DNA from: an uncultured Hormoscilla sp.
GTDB lineage: Bacteria; Cyanobacteriota; Cyanobacteriia; Cyanobacteriales; Desertifilaceae
Direction: 5' to 3'
NCBI GenBank assembly: GCA_963921275.4
Contig: OZ001293.3
Coordinates: forward strand, 5,792,001 to 5,856,000
Length of the DNA: 64,000 nt
Shown here: positions 40,975-53,987 of the stretch, piece by piece
Layout of the letters: each line of letters starts with the position of its first letter
Position numbering within the stretch: the first letter of the stretch is position 1
Made by a program: the position numbers and the translations under genes
Notes under the pieces: model-generated
What the model was told of the DNA's origin: nothing
What the model saw: only the letters and a program-made list of their open reading frames with translations
Databases searched by the model: none

Positions 40975-43374
40975 TTAATTGCCGATCGAAAAGCCCCGGG
41001 GTGTGGATCGATGTTCGGCCAACAGGACCTCAAAGTCCACCCGATCGCTTTTTTCTCCAGCTTTCACTTGCAAGGTCCAGTTACCGGGCTGCAATGACCA
41101 AAATAAATGATTGGATGCTCCACTGGCAAGTTTTTTCCCATTTAACCACCATTCTACAGCTTCATCCTCTATGCCAGCGAGTTTGAACTCGACGCGGGAT
41201 GCAGGTTTTAGCAAGAAAACATCTCCATTCCGAGGCGAGACAATTTTTAAGTCCGTAGCAAACAGGGCGGGCGCGTGCTGCATGGCGACCCATTCGTCGT
41301 ATTCTGGAGGCAAGTCAATCCTATACTCGAGATCGTCACTCTCGTCAGATACTAGCTGATAGAAACTGTCAAGGTGGCGATCGTGTCTGGAGCGTGCCGC
41401 GTCCTTCAGGACAAGAGCCGCGGAAGACTCGAAGTACTCGGTCAAGTCTTCGGGATAGAAATATTCTTGCACTACAGCAGGACAAGCGGGAGTCGGTCGC
41501 AACCCGGAAAGGGCGCAGATCGGTTGTTGGACGAGATGTTCCGGTGGAGGAAATGCTGGCGGTGCCGATGTTTCGTGCAAGTGTAACATAATCCGCCGCC
41601 AAAGTGGGGCTGCACCCGTGACTCCAGATACCTCTTGCATGCGATCGCCATTAAAATTCCCGACCCAAGTTGCCACAGTATAGTCTCGAGTAAACCCTAG
41701 GGTCCAGGTATCGCGATAATTAGAAGATGTCCCGGTTTTCACTGCTGCTGGGAAGGGTAAGTTCAATACTGAGTCTACGCCAAATGCGATCGCCCGGGCG
41801 TGGGCGTCACTCAGCATATCTGTAATTAATGCCATTGTCGATCGGCCCAAAGGTGAAGCATCAAAATTAAGGTTAGAGGATGTTTCTACAGGGATAACGG
41901 ATAACCAGATCGCATCTCCCAGTCGGGCGAGGGTAAGGTAGGCGCGGGCCAACTCCCAGAGATTGACTTCGTCGCTACCGAGGGCCAACCCCAAACCATA
42001 ATATTCTGGAGACTCGTCCAGATGTGAAAATCCTAGCTGATGCAGGCGATCGAAGAAATTTTCTACTCCCACTCGTTCCAAGACTCGGACTGCGGGAATA
42101 TTCAGAGAATTGGCCAAAGCGACCCGCACTCGTACTGGTCCGTGAAAGGTTTCGCTGTAATCTAGAGGACTATAGAGTTTGGCACCGGGAATGGGGTAAT
42201 GGGTGGGTACGTCTGCCAAGATCGTATTGGGATGGATCAGACGTTTTTTTAAGGCCAACTCGTAGAGAAAAGGTTTGAGAGTACTGCCCGGTTGTCGCAA
42301 AGCTTGCACCCCATCATTGCGACCTAACTTGCCTGCGTTATTGTAATCTGGAGAACCAACATAGGCTAAAACTTCCCCAGTATGATTGTCTATTACCAAG
42401 GCGGCGCCATTATGAACGTTATTGGGGGCCAGATTGTCAATGATTTGCTGCACTTGCGCTTCCACGAACTGCTGCAAGGGGCGATCGATGCTGGTTATAA
42501 CTACCGCCGGATGCTGTCGGGGCAGTTGCTGGGCGACAAAGAACAGAAAATGTGGGGCGGCGATAATTCCTCGGTCGCGCGGTTGCAAAGAAATCTTTTC
42601 TGCGTAGGCCCGATCGCCTTCTGGGCGGGTAATGTACCCGTCAGCTACCAGGCGATCGATCACGTAAGCTTGTCGTTGCTTTAACCCTTGCCAATTACTA
42701 TAAGGATTGAGATCCGTGGGGTCATTAGGAATAGCTGCTAGGAGAGTAGCTTGGGCTAAATTCAGGTCGGCGGCTGGAATGCCGAAATAAGTCCGGGCCG
42801 CCGCTTCTACTCCATAGACATTACCACCCATTGGCAATCGATTAATGTAAGCTTCCAGAATTTCCTCTTTACTCATGCCAGCGGTTAAGCGCCAGGACAG
42901 CCAAACTTCCCGAATTTTGTTGGGTATAGTGCGGGGACTGGGGTCTAGCATCCGCGCTAATTGCATGGTAATTGTCGATGCACCGCTGACGATCTGCTTT
43001 GCTTGCATCGCTTCTAACAAAGAACGGGCGATCGCCTGCATATCCAGGACCCCATGTTGATAATAGCGCTGATCTTCTGCCGCAATAATTGCGTGAATAA
43101 AGTAATCCGATACTTGCCCATCGAGACGAACGACTGCGGTATTTTCCTGATTGCGAGTGAGAATAGTTCCCAAAGCAAGTCCGTTGCGGTCCGTAAACTC
43201 GATCGCCTGTTGATTTTGCTCGATATCGCTGCTATGGATAGGGGCGAGATAGGGGAGGGCGCGTACTGTCAAGCAGAGTAGTAGCAACCCCAGGATCGGG
43301 CGCCACCGCCAGCGCCTGGACCAGCGCCTTAATTTTCCCTTTCTCTGGATGAATGATTTTCTTCTTTGTCTCAT
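40975..43374 (-). CDS. pbpC: Penicillin-binding protein 1C
   Basis: EDQRYYQHG, GASTITMQLAR, QPGSTLKPF, NSLNIPAV, KTGTS. Confidence 0.93.
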   Translation of the reverse strand: MRQRRKSFIQRKGKLRRWSRRWRWRPILGLLLLCLTVRALPYLAPIHSSDIEQNQQAIEFTDRNGLALGTILTRNQENTAVVRLDGQVSDYFIHAIIAAEDQRYYQHGVLDMQAIARSLLEAMQAKQIVSGASTITMQLARMLDPSPRTIPNKIREVWLSWRLTAGMSKEEILEAYINRLPMGGNVYGVEAAARTYFGIPAADLNLAQATLLAAIPNDPTDLNPYSNWQGLKQRQAYVIDRLVADGYITRPEGDRAYAEKISLQPRDRGIIAAPHFLFFVAQQLPRQHPAVVITSIDRPLQQFVEAQVQQIIDNLAPNNVHNGAALVIDNHTGEVLAYVGSPDYNNAGKLGRNDGVQALRQPGSTLKPFLYELALKKRLIHPNTILADVPTHYPIPGAKLYSPLDYSETFHGPVRVRVALANSLNIPAVRVLERVGVENFFDRLHQLGFSHLDESPEYYGLGLALGSDEVNLWELARAYLTLARLGDAIWLSVIPVETSSNLNFDASPLGRSTMALITDMLSDAHARAIAFGVDSVLNLPFPAAVKTGTSSNYRDTWTLGFTRDYTVATWVGNFNGDRMQEVSGVTGAAPLWRRIMLHLHETSAPPAFPPPEHLVQQPICALSGLRPTPACPAVVQEYFYPEDLTEYFESSAALVLKDAARSRHDRHLDSFYQLVSDESDDLEYRIDLPPEYDEWVAMQHAPALFATDLKIVSPRNGDVFLLKPASRVEFKLAGIEDEAVEWWLNGKKLASGASNHLFWSLQPGNWTLQVKAGEKSDRVDFEVLLAEHRSTPRGFSIGN

Positions 43375-43513
43375 CTGTGTACCTCTGCTATTATCTACTT
43401 ATAACTATATCCTATTTTTTCCCATCAGACAATATTTTTTATATTTTCTTCAAAGCTTGACCAATTCCGATTGTCAATGCTAGACTAGGGGAGAAAGTTT
43501 GGTAGGAGGTAAT

Positions 43514-44074
43514 ATGCCTGTAGAGTTACTCAGACGGATGCTGACAGTTAAAGACTACCACAAAATGATGGCAGATGGGGTCTTAACAGAGGGCGATCGA
43601 GTAGAACTAATCCGAGGAGAAATTATTCAAATGTCCCCTATTGGTCCCCGTCATACCGCTTGTGTGAAGCGTCTGAACGAATTATTCATGTCGCGTTTAG
43701 CAGGAAGGATAACTATTGGAGTTCAAGATCCTGTGGAATTGGATAACAATTCCGAACCGCAACCCGATATATCTTTACTGCGACGGCGTGCTGATTTTTA
43801 CGCAACGGGACATCCCCAGTCAGAGAATATCTTCTTGTTGGTGGAAGTAGCTGACAGCACTGTTAATTACGATAGAGAGGTAAAAGTTCCTCTCTATGCA
43901 GAAGATAACATCAGGGAAGTCTGGTTGGTAAATATCAACGATGGATGTCTGGAAGTATATCGAAAACCTGCTGAAAACGGTTATCAGAATGTACGGCAGT
44001 TCCAAGAGGAGGAAACTGTGACAATACAAGCTTTTCCGGATGTAGTATTTACTGTAGACGAACTGTTGGGGTAA
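43514..44074 (+). CDS. Uma2-family endonuclease (DUF820)
   Basis: RVELIRGEII.MSP.G..H, EPQPDI, VEVADST, IREVWLVN. Confidence 0.9.
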   Translation: MPVELLRRMLTVKDYHKMMADGVLTEGDRVELIRGEIIQMSPIGPRHTACVKRLNELFMSRLAGRITIGVQDPVELDNNSEPQPDISLLRRRADFYATGHPQSENIFLLVEVADSTVNYDREVKVPLYAEDNIREVWLVNINDGCLEVYRKPAENGYQNVRQFQEEETVTIQAFPDVVFTVDELLG

Positions 44075-44267
44075 TGTCAAGATGTCTGAAAATGTGGGCA
44101 CCAGGGCGATCGAACATGTTTGTAGTAAGCACTAAAGTGCTTGCCGGACATGTTTGTAGTAAGCACTTTAGTGCTTGCAGCGATCGCCTGGTAGGGGGGG
44201 CGCGGTTATTGCTATTATACCCAAGGCGAAGCGGACCGATCGCGTTACAGGCTTCGCCAAAAAATCT

Positions 44268-44842
44268 TTACTCAAAATATTCTTCAAAGCTTTCTAAATA
44301 AGCACTAATATATTTTTGTCCCCGGAGAATATAGTAAGGTGAAAACATCTCTTCATAGTCCTGTTGAACTAAAGCCATTGCCCGCCGCATTCGCTCGTGC
44401 CCATAGACAATAAATTGCGCCGTAGAGCTGGCAGAAAATTGTCGTTCTGATGCTTTCACATGATTTTTTAAAGCATCTTTGTATAGTTCTCTTTGTTGAG
44501 CAATGAAAGTCTTGACTTCTTCATTAAATTCGATCAATCCCTCACTGGGAAAATATAACTCCTTCCGTTTCATAAATCCCATGACCATATTCATACATTT
44601 GCGGGTTGACTCCAGTGGTAGACATTCTGGATCGCCTCGACGAAATCCCCACTGCGTACAACCATTTGTGACTTCAAGAGCGCGTAATTTTGCAAGTTTG
44701 GCCAAATCTTGGAAAATTTTGATAATTCTTCAATCTGCGCTTTTATAAGTTGCTGAAATCCTTGAAAATCCTCTGCAAAAAATTCCTTGAGTTCTTGAAT
44801 TTCGGCAAGCTTTGTCCAGTGAATTGTGCGTTTTAGTTCCAT
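44268..44842 (-). pseudogene. Hypothetical protein split by a frameshift near 44710
   Basis: Two overlapping ORFs (44591-44842 and 44268-44705) appear to form one product. Confidence 0.55.
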
Positions 44843-45126
44843 GATTTTTAATTCCTATTCAAGCATTACCATTAATAGCTAGCGCGTTCCCTCTAGAAGA
44901 CAGGGAACCAGAACCGGTTACGTTGGGAAAGGCTGCCCTAACCAACATACTGCTATTATACATGACAGGAGGTGAAGCGGACCGAGGCGCGTTAAGCCTT
45001 CGACCGCGAAGGAGGGGCGATCGGGGATGGTCGGGCGATCGCATGGGGTAGGGGCACGGCGCGACAAAATTTGATTCATCGCGTCCAAATATGCCGTGCC
45101 CCGATACCAGTGAGGGCTAGGAATAG

Positions 45127-45862
45127 CTATTCAGGACAAACAGAGTGGTCGCGATCGAACCAGATTATATAGTAAACCGAGTCAACGCGAAAGCCAAAAA
45201 TCCGCTTTTTCTCATCAATGCGCATTTCTGATAATTTAGCATCTTCCGGTATATTGTCAGGTAAAGATGGATGACTGCTAATCAACTTATAACCAGTCCC
45301 TACTGATTCCCCGCGTTTTTTCGATCCATGACCTTTGATCTGCGCCCAAGTATACTTTTCAATTTTCTGGAGTCCGGCAATTAAGTCATTAATTTCCGAT
45401 GATGTCCAGTCTGACAACAGCCAACGATTTTTATCTGCATAGGTAAATCTGAAGCTAGGATGTTCCTCATCGGTACTACCAGTTAATTTGGCGACCGCCT
45501 TCTCAGAAATCTGCAATGCGCATTTCTGATAATTTAGCATCTTCCGGTATATTGTCAGGTAAAGATGGATGACTGCTAATCAACTTATAACCAGTCCCTA
45601 CTGATTCCCCGCGTTTTTTCGATCCATGACCTTTGATCTGCGCCCAAGTATACTTTTCAATTTTCTGGAGTCCGGCAATTAAGTCATTAATTTCCGATGA
45701 TGTCCAGTCTGACAACAGCCAACGATTTTTATCTGCATAGGTAAATCTGAAGCTAGGATGTTCCTCATCGGTACTACCAGTTAATTTGGCGACCGCCTTC
45801 TCAGAAATCTGCCTGACTGTTTTCTGCTGAGAAGGCTTTTTTATCTTCTGCTTTTTGCTCAC
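45127..45862 (-). pseudogene. Putative toxin downstream of Panacea gene, disrupted by a 298-bp tandem duplication
   Basis: 45216-45513 repeats as 45514-45811; C-terminus RIFGFRVDSVYYIIWFDRDH. Confidence 0.75.
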
Positions 45863-46318
45863 CTAAGTTTCCACAAACTCCGCATAGTATAACTTCATGT
45901 CGTCATGAGATATGACATTAGTTGATTTTTGCGCCGGTTCTAACCCTTGGCGAGCGTTGAGCCAAGGAGTTTCTGATTTTGTCAGATCCTGAAGGCGTTT
46001 AGCACTTAATTCTCCATAAGCATTCCAGACTTCTTCTAGCACCTCGATTTCATCCTCTGCTAACTCTATATCTAAATATGCTGGCGCGGGAATATCTCTA
46101 TATTTATAAGCAAGATATTCATCCCAGACATCCCGCACAACTGGACCAGAAACCCAGGCTTCAACATCTTGAGCAAAAAGGGGTTGATTTCTCAATACTA
46201 AACTCCATGCTTGAGCGTAATATACCAACTTTTGCAGCTTGAGGAGAGAAATGGTATCCCCCGCCTCTCTGTCTACGCGACGCAGGAAGTAACGAGCAAT
46301 GTCAAGTGCGTTTTTCAT
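45863..46318 (-). CDS. Panacea (DUF4065/SocA) antitoxin
   Basis: ISLLKLQKLVYYAQAW, EAWVSGPVV. Confidence 0.88.
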   Translation of the reverse strand: MKNALDIARYFLRRVDREAGDTISLLKLQKLVYYAQAWSLVLRNQPLFAQDVEAWVSGPVVRDVWDEYLAYKYRDIPAPAYLDIELAEDEIEVLEEVWNAYGELSAKRLQDLTKSETPWLNARQGLEPAQKSTNVISHDDMKLYYAEFVET

Positions 46319-46618
46319 GATTTGTTACCGATTATAATTATCCATTATACATGAAATTCCCGTGTAGGGGCGATCGTACAGGTTTGTAGTAAGCACTAAA
46401 GTGCTTGCAGCGATCGCATGGGGTGGGGGCACGGCGCGACCAAATTTGATAGCTCACGTCCAGATTAATGATGCCGTGCCCCGATCCCAACGCGATCGGG
46501 CATTGGGGCGCGAGCATGTCTGGTAGAGGGGCGCGGTTATTGCTACTATACCGAATGGTGGGCGGTGCCCACCCTACGAATGCAACGACAAATGAGTCGC
46601 ACCCACCATAATTATTTA

Positions 46619-47203
46619 TTATCCATTACCCACAGATTTCCAGGATCTCCGGTGCAGAGGGGTGGGACCGTATTTTTGCAAAGCTGCTTTGTGACGAGGG
46701 GTAGGGTAACCTTTGTTTGCTGCTAGATCGTATTCTGAATATTTCTCCGACTCCTCGACAATCAGGTTGTCTCGCCATACCTTCGCGATGATACTCGCAC
46801 AGGCGATCGCCTGATTGAGTTTGTCTCCCTTAATTAGAGTTTCTTGCGGAAATGGTAGATCCCGAATAGGTTGATTACCATCAATTAGACAAAGATACGG
46901 TTGGACCGATAGCTGGGCGATCGCCCGCTTCATGGCCAGCAAGGAAGCTTGCAAAATATTCAGATGGTCAATTTCCGCAACCGAGGCCATGCCGATCTGA
47001 CAGTCTAAGGCAATCGCGCGGATCTGAGTAACCAGGGAATTTCTTTTCTTGCTACTAAGTTGTTTGCTATCGGTGACGCCCCATTCGGCGGTAATCTGCT
47101 GGGCAGTATCTGGAAGAATCACCGCTGCTGCGACTACAGGACCAAATAAAGCTCCTCTACCGACTTCATCTACACCTGCTATAATTATATTATGCTTTTT
47201 CAT
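46619..47203 (-). CDS. rnhB: Ribonuclease HII
   Basis: AGVDEVGRG, DSKQL, IDGN, ASIIAKVWRD, KGYPT..H. Confidence 0.96.
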   Translation of the reverse strand: MKKHNIIIAGVDEVGRGALFGPVVAAAVILPDTAQQITAEWGVTDSKQLSSKKRNSLVTQIRAIALDCQIGMASVAEIDHLNILQASLLAMKRAIAQLSVQPYLCLIDGNQPIRDLPFPQETLIKGDKLNQAIACASIIAKVWRDNLIVEESEKYSEYDLAANKGYPTPRHKAALQKYGPTPLHRRSWKSVGNG

Positions 47204-47349
47204 GGCTGATCGTTCATATTCATGCCATCTGTAAGGATAACATAATTTACTCTTTCGGGGAAAATTCGCGAGACTATTAAGAATTGTGACAATCTTGCAT
47301 TACCACCCCCTAGATATGTTATAAAATAATTATTGTAACAGGAGGAAGT

Positions 47350-50300
47350 ATGCAAGAAAACAAAATCCTCAGAATTGCCTGGAACTGCCTGCTTGTTCTT
47401 ACCCTGATGGTAGGTATGGCAGGCTGTGGAATTTTAAACATCGCCAGGGGACCGGAACCATTACCAGGGGTTTCCCCTTTACCCCTGCCCGAACTACCGG
47501 ACTGGATCGAAGAAATTAGTCCCACGGGGAAAGCAGAACCTCTCAATCAAATTAGAATTAGGTTCAAACACCCTCTAATTCCTGTGGAAAGTCTGGGCAG
47601 CGATCGCCAGCGATCGCTATTGCAAAGGTTTGAGATCGTGCCGCCCTTACCCGGTCGTTTTCGCTTTTTGACTCCCCGCATGATAGGATTTCAAGCGGAT
47701 AAAGCTTGGCCCAAAGCTACCCGCATCAGAGTTACCCTGAAAGCGGGGTTGGCGGATCTGGAAAATCATCGTCTCGATCGGGATATAGCATGGACCTTCC
47801 ACAGGGAAGAGATCCAGTTAACAAATTTGCCGGGAAAGACATCAGCATCAGAAAGGCGGTACGGGGATAGGGATGAACCCATCGATCTGAAACCAACTCT
47901 GGAATTCACCTCTAATGTAGAATTAGATCCCGATTCTCTTTCCGACCACATCCAACTGATTCCCCAGGGAAGCGATAAGCAAGTGCCGCTGGCAGTGGCC
48001 CTAGCAGAAGATAAGTCATCTGAATATAACCGACCTAGGTCGGAGTTTGACCCTTCAACTCGCAACTGGATATATACGATCGCGCCCCGGTCAAGTCTGG
48101 CCAAAGCAACGACTTACCGCTTGGAATTTACTCCTGGTTTATTGCCAGCGCGCGGTAATCTGCCCAGTGAGATGCTCTTTAGCAGTCAGCTATCAACCTA
48201 CGATCCCCTGAAGTTTTCCGAACTTGAGTTTGTGGGCAAACCTGATGCTGGAGGAACTTACGGACGCTTTGTCAAGGGGACGGCCCAGTTGAAATTTAAT
48301 AATGGTTTAGTAGCAGAGTCAGCGATCGAGAATATCACCGTTACTCCACCGCCGAAAGCATCTCCCCAACTCGTCCGGGCCTATGAAAACTCCCAATTTG
48401 TCAATCTGAATCCTTGGGCCTTAGAACCAGCAACCAGCTATACAATTACCTTGGGGAAAAACCTCCAGGACCGCTACGGACAAACTTTGGGCAAACCCAT
48501 CACCATCAAGTATGAAACTGGGGATGTGGCGCCGGATTTGTGGGCACCTTCGGGTTTGCATATCTTTCCCGCGATCCCGGACTTGCAGCTGAATTTTTCC
48601 ACAGTCAATCTGCCGGAGTCCCAGTACAAAGCTGCTTATCGGGTGGTGAAACCGACGGATTTGGTGTATACTGATTCTGCTTATCCCAGAGGGAACAGTA
48701 ATGATTTGTTACCCAGTGCCAATGCTTGGCAGAGTTTCCCAGTATCGGGTCAGAAAAATAAAACTACTGAGGAGATCGTCCCTTTGCAGGATCGACTGAA
48801 TGGTGACACGGGGATGCTAGCTTATGGGGTGCAAGCAAAAACCAATCCCTATGAGAGAGAAGGTCGGCAACAGTGGCGGGAAGCTAGTTACTATGGTATG
48901 GTGCAGTTGACGAATTTGGGAGTGTTTGCCCAATTTTTTCCGGAGTCAGGGTTAATTCGGGTAAATCATCTCTCGGATGGTGCGCCTGTAGCAAATTCAC
49001 CCGTAGAAATTTATCAGTCCCAATTGTATGCCAAATCTCGCCGGCAACCTCAAGCTTGTGCCCGAGGGACAACCGATGCCACGGGAACTTTACTGCTGAG
49101 TTCTCAAGATTTGCGCCAATGCATGGGAGGCGATCGCTTCTTGTCACCGCCGGAATTGCTAGTAATTGCCCGGGAAAAGCAAGATTGGGCCTTCACTCGC
49201 ATTCGGCGCTATAGCGGTGCCTATGGTTATGATATCTATCCAGAATGGGATAATGGCAAAGCCCGATCGCGAGGAGTAATTTTCTCGGACAGACAACTGT
49301 ACAAACCGGGAGAGAAAGCAGCATTTACAGGTTTTGCTTACTACCTGCAAAATGGCAATCTCCAGCAGGAAAAAAATGCCCGCTACCGGGTAAATCTCAG
49401 AGGTCCGGATGGGAAAAAGACAGATATGGGCACCCAGATAACCAATGAGTTTGGCACTTTTTCTCTCGAACTGCCCCTATATCAAAGTCAAGCATTGGGT
49501 AACTATTATATTAGCGCTAAAGGGACAAAGGGAGTAGAGATATCCGGACGATTTCGCGTGGCCGAGTTCAAACCGCCCAACTTTAAGGTCGAGTTGCAAC
49601 TGGACAAAGAATTTGCTTTCATGAAGGACGAAGTCGAGGCGATCGCCCAAAGCAACTATCTGTTTGGTGCGCCAGTGGAAGGGGGGAAAGGGCAATATTA
49701 CGTAACCCGCCAGCGAACCGACTTTCGGCCCCAAGGTTGGGAGGAATTTGACTTTGGTCCCCAGTGGTTTTGGCCGGAAGAAACACCTTCTGTTTCTAGC
49801 GACTTATTGCAGCGGATCGCCCTGCTAGATGATAATGGTAAAGGTCGGCAAGTATTTCAGGTGGACAAGGACTTGCCCTACCCAATGGAATATCGCGTGG
49901 ATGTGGAAGTAACGGATGTTTCCAATCTGTCGGTCGCTGATTCTCAGAGTTTCGTGGCCTTACCCAGCGATCGCCTAATTGGACTGCGCAGCAAATTCGT
50001 AGCGGCAGCAGACAAACCCTTCCCGGTAGAAGTAATTGTCACCGACCCCACAGGAAAACCCATCAAAGGTCAACGGGTAAGGGTAGAACTGCAACGGATG
50101 AAATATAGCAGCGTGACGCGGTTAGTAGAAGGGAGTCAGCAGCAGCAGAATCAGGTAGAATACGAAACAGTAGCAACAGCAGATGTCAAGTCTGGTAACA
50201 GTCCCCAAACTCTGGAACTGACTCCCACAGAATCTGGTTCCTACCGTATCCGGGCCAATTTTGTCCGTAGCAAGAATGAATCAACGGCCACGGACAAGCA

Positions 50301-50615
50301 AATTTGGGCCACAGGAGGGGGTGCGGTATATTGGGGTTGGCGCGATGACGATCGCCTGGAAATCAAACTGGACAAGGACAGTTATCAACCAGGGGAAACG
50401 GCGACAGCTTTAATTCAATCTCCCTATGAGGAAGGGGAATTATACTTTGCCATCATCCGCGACAAACCCATCTATCAACAGGTGACGGCGGTCAAGGGTG
50501 GTGCGCCAGAAATTAAGTTTCAGGTGACTCCAGAAATGCTGCCGAATGCCGCAGTGGAAGTAGTCTTGATGCGTCAAGGGGAGGATCTTTCCCAGGCGGA
50601 ACTAGAAAAGGTGGA
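47350..50615 (+). CDS. Alpha-2-macroglobulin family lipoprotein, exon 1
   Basis: Lipobox MAGC, Ig/MG domains, FSDRQLYKPGE, FRVAEFKPPNF; frame continues in exon 2 after intron removal. Confidence 0.9.
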
Positions 50616-51450
<835 letters not shown>

Positions 51451-53917
51451 AGATCTGGTAAAAATTGGGTTTGCGCCTTTTCAGGTCAACTTGTCCGACA
51501 AGTATTTACAGGTGGAAGTGACGCCTACCCAGGAGAAAACCCAACCCGGGGGCACCCAAACAGTACGCTTGGCATTAAAGGATGCCGAGGGGAAACCAAC
51601 TCCCGGACAATTGACAGTTATGGCAGTGAATGAAGCAGTCCTGCAACTGAGTGGCTATCGTCCGCCAGATTTGGTAGAAACAGTATATGCCCAACAGCCG
51701 ATCGCGACTCGTTTCAGCGATAATCGTCCGGAAGTAGTGCTAGAATCCCAAGTAGCCCGGTTAGAAAAAGGTTGGGGTTATGGAGGCGGACGATCGTCCA
51801 GTTCGGCCACCCGCATCCGCAAGAATTTCCAAGCTTTAGCTTACTACAATGGTTCGGTGTTGACAGATAGTAATGGTAAGGCGACTGTCACCTTTAACTT
51901 ACCAGATGACTTGACAACCTGGCGGGTGATGGCTGTAGCTACCGATGGGAAAATGCATTTTGGCAATGGGGAAGCAACCTTCATGACCTCCAAACCCCTG
52001 CTAGCTAATCCCATATTGCCCCAGTTTGCCAGGAAAGGCGATCGCTTCTTCGGCGGCTTATCGGTAACCAACAATACGGGAAGCAAGGGGACTATAGAAA
52101 TCATTGGTTTACCGAGTGGCAATCTGCAGTTTATCGACAAAAACCGTCTCCAGACTCAGATCGACAGAGGAACTCGCGCCTACCGCTTTCTGATGAAAGC
52201 TACTGACATTGGCGAGAGTAAAGTGCAGTTATCAACGCGCTTGAACCAGACAGCAGATGCTTTTCAAGTGCCGCTGGTAGTGAAGCAGCAAGAGGTAACA
52301 GAACAGGTAGTGGAGTCGGGGACGACAGAAGATAAAATCCAGATGACCCTGAATGTGGATAGCAAAGTTGTCCCGGATGCGGGAGGCTTGCATATTTCCC
52401 TGGCCAGTACCCTCATCCCAGAGATTACCGCCCCCGCCCGACAAGTCTTACAAGAAGATTCTTTGCCCTTCTTGGAACCGGCGGCTAGTCAGTTGGCGAT
52501 CGCCTCTAGCTTGCAACAGCTGGGAAAAAAATATTCTCAAGCATTTACGGAGTTTAATCCGCAGCAGCAAGGGATGCAATCGATAGAAATATTCCAGAAA
52601 CTCTCATTACCCGATGGCGGTTTTGCAGCGTGGCCCGGACGGCAACAATCAGACCCCTTTGTCACTGCCTACGCCGCGAAATCTCTGGCGATCGCCCGTC
52701 AGGCATTTCCAGGTCTAGTAGATGCCGGGATGGTATCGCGGGTGAAAACTTATCTGGAGAAAATCCTGGCCAACCCCGGACAATACCAGTATTGCCAATC
52801 TCAACTCTGTAAAAACCAACTGCGCTTAGAAGCATCGATCGCCTTAGCAGAACTGGGAGACCAGCAGAATAAATTCCTGGCGGACATCTATCAAATGCGG
52901 GACCAATTCGATCTGGTAATGCAGATCAAACTAGCCCGTCACCTATCCCGGTTCCCAGCATGGCAGGGAGAAGCAAAAACCATGTCCGATGGCTTGCAGC
53001 AGACCATCTATGAAACCGGGCGGACTGGGAAAGTAAATATGCCGCCAAATTGGCGCTGGATGAGTTCGCCCACAACGGCCCAAGGGCAAGCATTGCGTCT
53101 ATTTATTGCCCGGCAGGCGCAACCGGAAATACTCGATCGCCTGTTACAAGGACTGTTAGCATTGCGGCGGGACGGTACCTGGGGCAGTACCTATAGCAAT
53201 GCCGAAGCCCTCATAGCTTTAGTGGACTATAGTAACCTGCAACCCACCCCGCCTAACTTTACCGCGACAGTACAATTAGCCAGCAAGCAGCTAGCAACAA
53301 ATCAGTTTGTCGGGTATCGCAATGCCAGTCAAGAATTGCAAGTCCCGATGTCAGAATTACCGCGCGGGAACTCCAACCTCGTTTTGCAGAAATCTGGCGA
53401 CGGCACCCTGCATTACCTGGTAGCCTATCGCTATCGTCTCCAGGGAAATCAACCCGGACGGTTCAATGGCCTGCGAGTGACGCGAGAAATTCGCCCTGCC
53501 AATAGCGATGAGATATTGCGCAAAATCGGACTGTTCGCCTCTGACGACCCCTTGGAACTGCCCCCAGGACAAGTCTATGACATTGGTCTGGAAATTATTA
53601 CCGACCATCTCGTAGACCATGTGATTATTACTGACCTCCTGCCCGCTGGGTTGGAAGCAGTAGATACCAGTTTCCAAACCTCTACCCCAGCAGTGCAGGC
53701 CCAGCGGGATAGCTGGCAGATAGGCTATCAAACCATCCATGCCGATCGGGTAGTTGCCTATGCCTCACGCCTGGATGCGGGAGTCTATCGCCTGCATTAC
53801 CTGGTGCGATCGGTCACCCCCGGGACATTCCAGTGGCCCGGTGCCGAGGCCCATTTACAATATGCCCCAGAAGAATTCGGGCGATCGGCTTCTAGCCTGT
53901 TAGAAGTGAAAGAGTGA
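51451..53917 (+). CDS. Alpha-2-macroglobulin family protein, exon 2
   Basis: Open frame from DLVKIGFAPF; AVNEAVLQL, LPDDLTTWRVMAVA, DLLPAGLEAVD, YLVRSVTPGTF. Confidence 0.9.
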
Positions 53918-53987
53918 TATAAGGTTAGTAGGGTGGGTATTGAGCCCACCTTACTCTTTAACCCGATAGGATATCTCAATATAGCTT

